64,000 nt of DNA from assembly GCA_964016885.1 (NCBI GenBank), contig OZ024750.1:44702001-44766000 (forward strand). The letters run 5' to 3'. Shown piece after piece: positions 55,490 through 64,000 of this stretch (its first letter is position 1; each line of letters starts with the position of its first letter). Origin of the DNA: Eledone cirrhosa. Its lineage: Eukaryota. The notes below the pieces were generated by a model. The model was not told the origin of the DNA. It saw only the letters and a list, made by a program, of their open reading frames with translations, and did not search any database. Both the position numbers and the translations under genes were made by a program.

Positions 55490-56085
55490 ATGGTGGTTGC
55501 CAACTCGTTTTCGAGTACGGTCACTACTTTATATCCATGTACGAGAACCCCTACCGATGCGGTGAACGAGTGTGACTTTTTAGTCCAGCCAGCGACTTGA
55601 AAACTCTGGTACAAACACTACACTTGCGACAATTATTGACACTTAGTGCTGGGCCCATGATACCATGTGACGACAAGTGCAGAGAGATGTCCAGATATAA
55701 AGCAATGCCTGTGCCGTGAAGCTTTTATAGTGAGAAAAGGCACTGCACAAAGCCAGTCCCACTCTCTTAACCAAGATGATATTTACCAAAAAGAAGAACA
55801 AGTCAACATCATTGGATACCATCAGAGTTGCAGGTGTTATATCAGAGTTTTCCTTCTCCTAGAATTCTGCCTTGACAAAGGCTAAGGGGTCATCTCTCCC
55901 GGTGATTTTCGATGGCTATTGACTCTTAAGAGCCCCTTTGCCTTTTGACGGGTTTTGTTTTTAGTCCTGCAGGATGTCCAAAGTCACCCTCCTCACAAAG
56001 AAACCTTGGTGGGGTTGCCAGTTTAGTCGCCAACGACCAGACCATAAGACAGGTTGTACTGTGATACATATTACCAGTAGCACCA
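55490..56085 (-). mobile_element. Internally deleted (bipartite) RTE-like element retaining a terminal C2H2 zinc finger
   Basis: 55622-55557 translates CSVCTRVFKSLAGLKSHTRSPH then R and stop; homologous to 38329-38695; microsatellites on both sides. Confidence 0.6.
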
Positions 56086-56118
56086 ACATACATATACATA
56101 CATACATACATACATACA

Positions 56119-56212
<94 letters not shown>

Positions 56213-56328
56213 TATATATATATATTTATATATACCGAGAGAAAGAGATAGACAGATAGAGAGAGAGAGACATGTATGTAATTATATACATATAATATAT
56301 AAATATATATAAGTGTATATATACAAAA

Positions 56329-56400
56329 TATTTAGTTGGTGTCTAGCTTACAGAGTTAATTCTGTTTCGATTCACTGAGGAATCTCATCCCAACTAAATA
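56329..56400 (-). ncRNA. Hammerhead ribozyme relic with deletion in stem I and core
   Basis: GATGA-GATTC/GAATC-GAAA-CAGA/TCTG-TA; outer stem TATTTAGTTGG/CCAACTAAATA. Confidence 0.65.
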
Positions 56401-56694
56401 TGATCAAATTAAGGTATAATACCAACATGATTAATGGTGTAAACTTAGTCACCAAATATGGAATATACCACTGAATCGTTTGAAGAAACGTGAATTCTCT
56501 TCATATACCTACATATACATATATATATATACATATATACTGGAAATATAAAGAAAATATTATGTATATACATATATATATATGTGTGTGTGTATGTGTC
56601 TGTGTATATATAAGCATATGTAGATATAATTTCCCATGAAGGAATTACATACAACTTATGTTATATGAATGCACACACACACACATATATTATG

Positions 56695-56769
<75 letters not shown>

Positions 56770-57212
56770 CAATATATATCACATTATATTAAGGACAATC
56801 TCATAATATATATTATATTAGTTATATATATATATACATTTATATAAAATAAAAGCATACATATAATACATATACACACTCTGACATATAAATATATAAA
56901 TAAATAAATATGTATATACATATAAAATATACGTACAATATGTGCATATATATATAAGTATAGACACACACGCACACATACAAATGTACGTATATATATA
57001 TATATACATACATGTTCCTGAATCAAATGTAATATCTATTGTAACATCAATGTATGGTTCCCTCAAGTCAGGGATAATTGATTTATATCATAGAATCTGA
57101 TCAGCCGGACACTTCGAGAAAGAGATAAAAATTTGCAATAGTCTAGTAAACAAAGAAACAAACCATACATAAACATAGCTACCCACACGTTAGCTCATAT
57201 ATATACGTCTAT

Positions 57213-57307
<95 letters not shown>

Positions 57308-57341
57308 TATATATATCTATATATATATATATATAGATATA

Positions 57342-57392
<51 letters not shown>

Positions 57393-57597
57393 GAGAGGTA
57401 TAGAGATTGTTTTAGCGAGAAGCTAACAGCATTCTATAACATATATATATATATATATATACTCATATAACTTATATATATATATACTCTATAACATATA
57501 TAACACATATATATATATATACTCGATAACATATATATATATATATATACTCATATATATATATCTATATATCTCTCTATATATATATATAGATATA

Positions 57598-57641
<44 letters not shown>

Positions 57642-57665
57642 TATATCTCTCTCTATATTTATGTA

Positions 57666-57718
<53 letters not shown>

Positions 57719-57793
57719 GTATACCTGTGTATATATAAGTAAGTGTATAGTATGTGTATGAGCTAATGTGTAGGTAGGTATGTTAATGTATGG

Positions 57794-57872
<79 letters not shown>

Positions 57873-58059
57873 AATATATACATATATACATATATACATA
57901 TATATGTATACATATAGACATATATATATATGTATATTTATATGTATATATATGAATATATATATACATATATGTGTATATTTATACACACATCCACACA
58001 GATATATATAATTATATAGATTTACATAGAGTAAAACACCCATGTTGTTATATTACCTT

Positions 58060-59175
58060 ATGTGTTTGTCTGTTTGTCTGTTTGTATATATAAATGTGTC
58101 GGTGTATGTGCCTGTGAGTGTATGTTTCTGTGTATGTTTGTGTGTGTGTCCGTTTGTGTATGTGTGTTTGTATGTGTGTGTGTATGTTTGTGTGTATGTT
58201 TGTGTGTATGTTTGTGTGTATGTTTGTGTGTATGTTTGTGTGTATGTTTCTGTGTGAATGTTTCTGTGTGTGTCCGTGTGTGTATGTGTGTGTGTGTGTT
58301 TGTGTGTATGTTTGTGTGTGTATGTTTGTGTGTATGTTTCTGTGTGTGTCCGTGTGTGTATGCGTGTATGTTTGTGTGTATGTGTGTGTATGTCCTCTCT
58401 GTATGTTTGTGTGTGTGTTTGTGTGTCTATGCTTGTGTGTATGTTTGTGTGTATGTTTGTGTGTGTGTCCGTTTGTGTGTGTGTATGTTTGTGTGTATGT
58501 TTATGTGTATGTGTGTGTGTATGTTTGTGTGTATGTTTCTGTGTGTATGTTTGTGTGTATGTTTGTGTGTATGTTTGTGTGTGTATGTTTGTGTGTATGT
58601 TTCTGTGTGTGTCCGTGTGTGTATGCGTGTATGTTTGTGTGTATGTGTGTGTATGTTCTCTCTATGTTTGTGTGTGTGTGTTTGTGTTTGTGTGTCTATG
58701 CTTGTGTGTATGTTTGTGTGTATGTTTGTGTGTGTGTCCGTTTGTGTATGTGTGCGTGTATGTTTGTGTGTATGTTTGTGTGTATGTGTGTGTGTATGTT
58801 TGTGTGTATGTTTCTGTGTGTATGTTTGTGTGTATGTTTGTGTGTATGTTTGTGTGTATGTTTGTGTGTGTATGTTTGTGTGTATGTTTCTGTGTGTATG
58901 TTTTTGTGTATGTTTGTGTGTATGTTTGTGTGTATGTTTGTGTGTCCGTTTGTGTATGTGTGTGTGTATGTTTGTGTGTCTATGCTTGTGTGTATGTTTG
59001 TGTGTATGTTTCTGTGTGTGTCCGCGTGTGTATGTGTGTGTGCGTATGTTACTGTGTATGTTTGTGTGTATGTTTGTGGTGTGTTCGTTTGTGTATGTGT
59101 GTGTGCGTGCTCGTATGTGTATGTTTGTGTGTGTATGTTTGTGTGTATATATTTGTGTGTATATGTTTGTGTTTA
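58060..59175. repeat. TG-rich minisatellite (TGTGTATGTTTG-based)
   Basis: Direct inspection. Confidence 0.92.
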
Positions 59176-59569
59176 TCTGCACATGCGTAGTTTGTAATAA
59201 TATTTGCCCGCTTGGGAATCTATGACGTGATTATATAAACGTTGTATAAACTTACATCATAGAAAATACTAAAACAAAAAACAATCTGGAACTCTCTGTA
59301 AGATATCAGGAATTCAATTAGGCTATCATATAAGCATCACACATAAAAACATACACACACATACACACACATACACTCAGTCACTCACATATATATATAT
59401 ATATACACTCAGTCACTCACATATATATATACACTCAGTCACTCACACATATATATATATATATATACATATATATGTATATATTTATATATATATATTT
59501 ATATATGCATATATATAAATATATATAAATATATATATATATATAAGTTATATATATATATGTTATGTG

Positions 59570-59616
<47 letters not shown>

Positions 59617-59823
59617 ATATACATATTTGCATACATATATATATATATATATTTATATACATATATATATATACATATACATATAAATATATAAAAATAC
59701 TTATATATAAATATATATATTTATGTATTTATATATGTATATATATATATATAAATATATATATGTATTTATATATATATGTATATATCTCTCTCTCTCT
59801 ATATATATATATGTATTTATATA

Positions 59824-59866
<43 letters not shown>

Positions 59867-60621
59867 TTATATATATGTATGTATATATATATATATAAAT
59901 ATATATATATATATGTATTTATATATATATGTATATATATATATATATATACTCACACGAAATACACATGTGCATTAACATACACAGTACAACATTCCAG
60001 TGTTTCACAACACATTTAGGCGGACTCACATAATTTCACAGTCGGACATGTATACAGTAATACAAATAATAACAACAATAGCTTAGAAATATCAGACGTT
60101 AAGAAACAATAAGAGGCGAACAATAAGAAAAAAACATTATGGAACAACATAAGTACAATGAATAAATAACTATCGGTAATGTTATTCTGAACACTAAGCA
60201 AAGCTAGGAAAAGATACGAAAATAAAATTAATGAAAAAAAAAAAAAAAATGAACATTATTAGAAAAGACAAAGAAGAGGTTAATGAAATATATAAGAGGT
60301 TCGTGGTAAGAAAATGTAATTTTAGTGTAAGTTGTATCTGTGTGTTGTAAGATAGACGGAGAAATGGGGGAAAAAATAGCAATAGTCAGAGATTAGGAAG
60401 AAGAAAAATATAGAAATGTGGGGTGGAGGGAGATAGAGAGAAGCAGAGATACATAGATAGATGAGGGAGAGGGAGAGATGTAGGGAGAGAGAGAGAGAGA
60501 GAGAGGGTAGAGAGGGGGGGGCGAAAGGAAGAAAAAGATGAGAATTAAGATGGGATATCTCACACGCATGTCAGTACATGTGGCTATATCCTCTTTCCGT
60601 CAATCTATAACTCTATATGTA

Positions 60622-60702
<81 letters not shown>

Positions 60703-60769
60703 ATGTGTGTATGTGTCTGAAGGTAGCTAAGATGCTTCCATTCGTTTTCTATTATATATATATATATAT

Positions 60770-61042
60770 ACAATATATTAAATAATGGAAACTATATTTA
60801 TAAAACCATATTTATTTTATTATACATATTCCAAGGCAATTTAGAGTGCGCTTTCATCCGATAAAATACAAATTTATCTGATGAATTTGCCTTGGTTACC
60901 CTTGAAATATGTATAATAAATATGATTTTATAAATATAGTTTCCATTTATTAATATATTGTATATTTACTCCACTAATTGTTGAGTGCTTTATATCAGTT
61001 ATAAAAAAATTTTAAGAATCCCAACAAATTAAATATAACCTC

Positions 61043-61046
<4 letters not shown>
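60770..61046. mobile_element. Family A fold-back element with two decayed hammerheads
   Basis: Inverted arms 60770-60868 and 60872-60962; CTGATGA at 60878; tail matches 47350-47470. Confidence 0.72.
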
Positions 61047-61101
<55 letters not shown>

Positions 61102-61424
61102 GAAAGGTATAGAAAGTATTGTAGCAAGAAGCCAACAGTATTCCATAATATATAAGTGACTATAGCGTCAAAATGGGAAAATAGTTAACGTAAGATGTGG
61201 GAAAAATAATTCAAACTCAATTCAAAAAGAATCAGGATATAGATTCATCCACAGAATTTAGTGAAATCCAGGGAAAAATCAATAGAGCCTTACCTCATGA
61301 TAAAATAAAGTTTAAAATACTCATCCTTCAATTTGGAACAACTACAAAATGCTCTGTATAGTCTTGAAAATACTATTTCACGAAAATGTTCAGGGGGGGG
61401 GGGGGGGATATATATATATATATA

Positions 61425-61558
61425 TGGTGAGCGAGCGCGCTTTAATGTATCTCTTAGTATATGCTTACACAGTCAACGTAGAAATATATGTATATATATT
61501 TCTACGTTGACTGTGTAAGCATATATTAAGATATATATTAAAGCGCGCTCGCTCACCA
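61425..61558. repeat. ~134-bp palindrome
   Basis: TGGTGAGCGAGCGCGCTTTAAT...ATTAAAGCGCGCTCGCTCACCA around a TA-rich centre. Confidence 0.88.
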
Positions 61559-61885
61559 GTCGTCCGCGAGCACACTTTGCTGGTCCGCAGAAAAAATTTT
61601 ATGTATTTCTATGTTTTAAAAATTCATATTACTGGTCCGCGGGATTTAAAATTATAAATTCATTAGTCCATGACGTCCGCTGTATTATAATACACATTAA
61701 TAATTTTACTAATCAAGTAATTCACCTACAAATATTCATGACCTTTAAAGTTCATCAAGAAAAGCAAGGCACGAAGAAGTCTCTGTATGTTTTCGTTGAA
61801 CAACCCTGACATTATGAAGTATTGGTGGTGTTAGTGGGAGTGGCAAGACAGTCGAACTGATAACTTTTTACTGCGAAGAAATTGA

Positions 61886-62096
61886 TTAATTCAGTATAAA
61901 TTTAAACATGCCATATCCGGCCAGAAATCTGTCACCTCTTTCTCTTGAAACTGGCTGTAACCGACTGCTTGTTCTCAAAATTAATAATATCAAAATCTCA
62001 TAGATTTGATATTATGTGAGATAATTATGTGAAGTAAAGCATTTAGCACAAAATTATAATAGCATATGTAAAGTAATGCAAATGTTAAAGGGTCAA
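61886..62096. mobile_element. ~215-bp MITE copy
   Basis: Homologous to 53090-53308; ends AAATGTTAAAGGG. Confidence 0.7.
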
Positions 62097-62124
62097 ACAA
62101 CCAAAATATAATCATGATATTGGT

Positions 62125-62840
62125 AATAATTGTTTCTACGTTTGTCACAAGGCCAGCAATTATCTCAGTACATTACAGGTACTTTATTTTATCGACCCCG
62201 TAAGGTAGGTACAAGGCCAGGAATTTTGAGGGAAAATAGAAAATTGAGCCCAGTAGTTATTTTATCGACTCCGGAATGATGAAAAGTAAAGTTGACCTCC
62301 GTGGGATTGTACGTCATAACGCAGAAAGTCGTAACTAGATAACGCTAAGCATTTTGTCCGACGCTCTACCGATACTGCCAATCAACCGCCCTGACAAATC
62401 AAGAACAATGAAAATTGTTTCTATATTTGGCACTAGGGTAGCAACCTGAAGGGAAGGCGAAGTCGATTAAGTCGTTACCAGTGTATTACTGGTACCTTAT
62501 TTTATCCCTTCAGGATTTACATTACTCTATATATACACTTGTATTTTCATGGTAAATGATTTACTTCACATAATATCGAATCTATGAGATTTTGATATTA
62601 TTTATTTTGAGAACAATACCTTAAAATCAGTAGAAGCGGCCGGTTACAACTGGTTTGAACAGGAAGAGGTGAGAGAATTCTTACCGGATATGGCCGGTTT
62701 AAATACTAAAGTGTTATCGAATCCGTAAGGATACATCCAAGCTAACCTCGAGGGGGTTTGAATTCAGAAAGTAAAAGGCCGTAACTCTATGCCGAAAAGG
62801 ATGTAGTCCGACACTTTAGCCATACCACCAATCCCCTGTC
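62125..62840 (-). mobile_element. Cluster of three SINE family 1 relatives; the last is split by a MITE (62502-62717, TTAT duplicated)
   Basis: 62125-62205, 62208-62391 and 62410-62840; TTAT-CCCTTCAGGATTT...AAATACTAAAGTG-TTAT then the SINE core resumes. Confidence 0.78.
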
Positions 62841-63563
62841 GTAATAATGGTCTCTGATTTAGGTACACGGCTAACAATTTCTTTAAATTTAGGTTGTATC
62901 TAAATAAATCATTTTAATAGAAATTTTCGGTTATAATACATAGATTTGTTTTTTTTCTAAATAATTATACAGTTTTAATATCATCTACTTTAAATAACAT
63001 TGTTGAATTGATAATTTTTAACATAGATGATTATCTCCCTTCTTCTAAAATAGATAATTTATCAGGTAATATTAATACTTAACTATATATATTTAAATAT
63101 AAAATAAAATATAAAAAGTACCATATTAACTAATAAATACTTTTCTATTCAATAATTTCAACATCTAATACATAATAAAGGATAGCTTCCCTACAAATTC
63201 TATAATCCAAACTCTTTCCCCTTTATTATCATATCTCCATAATAATAGTCCTGTCTTAACAGAATATTTTTTTCTTGATACAATATATACTTTTGATTTA
63301 ATACCTATCTCTAGTGATTATAAGTGAAATTAGGACTGAATAACGGTCAATTTTTGTTTTGTATTTTCTGACCAATCTAATTACGCTATATCTTAAATAA
63401 TTTATGAAACGTTTAAACCAACTGTAATGCTTACCATCCCACCCCAGCCATCACGTAACCCCCCTACGTGCTCATGTTTTTCTAATTATATGTGTGGTGA
63501 TCATCGTTCTGTCCAGTTCGTTTGTCTACCAGCATATCAGGAAAACATTATACATTTTCTATG

Positions 63564-63641
63564 TATGTTATCTGAGGAGAACATGTTTTGCTTTATGTTA
63601 TACATAAAGCTTTGCATCGGCGAAATATATATAATGAAATA
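63564..63641 (+). ncRNA. Hammerhead ribozyme motif (family J)
   Basis: CTGAGGA 63572-63578; long stem II with GCTTTATGT/ACATAAAGC; GAAA 63622-63625; TATATA-TA; stem I TATGTTAT/ATGAAATA; tail is inverted at 50545-50610. Confidence 0.68.
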
Positions 63642-63681
63642 AATAGAGATGATATAAAGTGTATATCTTTCGTTTATTACA

Positions 63682-63722
<41 letters not shown>

Positions 63723-63732
63723 TATACATACT

Positions 63733-63774
<42 letters not shown>

Positions 63775-64000
63775 AATATAAATTAGCGAGAATCGTTTTC
63801 AGCTCAGGAATTAACGAAAATCAACGTCCGATATGTGTGGCAAGCGCTCGATGAATCATATGAATCAGAGCTACAACATACGTTAAGGGCCAAACACACT
63901 GAGATGATGGTTAAACATATCATCCGCACAGCCAAAACAAAACGACCAAGTAATTCGGGTCAAACAATAAAAATATATGTGTTGATACTTTCCCGGACCC

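Overview
Eukaryotic (animal) intergenic or intronic DNA with no recognisable host gene. It is extremely rich in (TA)n, (CA)n, (GA)n and trinucleotide repeats; the composition and SINE types suggest a mollusc, possibly an octopus (inference only). Recognisable coding remnants are all from transposons: a near-intact ~5.8-kb L1/Tx1-type LINE (185-6027) sitting head-to-tail behind the 3' end of an identical copy, a decayed R4/Dong-type LINE with a restriction-like endonuclease (36093-38328, minus), RTE fragments and a mariner relic. There are also about 13 tRNA-derived SINE copies and four copies of a ~215-bp MITE. Almost all other ORFs in the track are microsatellite artefacts. The most notable signal lies in the apparently unique islands between (TA)n runs. 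These are short non-coding repeats from about ten unrelated families, carrying type I hammerhead ribozyme motifs (CUGANGA...GAAA...NUH, often with a minimal palindromic stem III). Roughly 20 intact or decayed motifs are visible. The elements are embedded in (TA)n and often form fold-back palindromes or tandem ribozyme pairs, as expected for Penelope-like or retrozyme-type non-autonomous retroelements. All ribozyme calls are by eye and untested.
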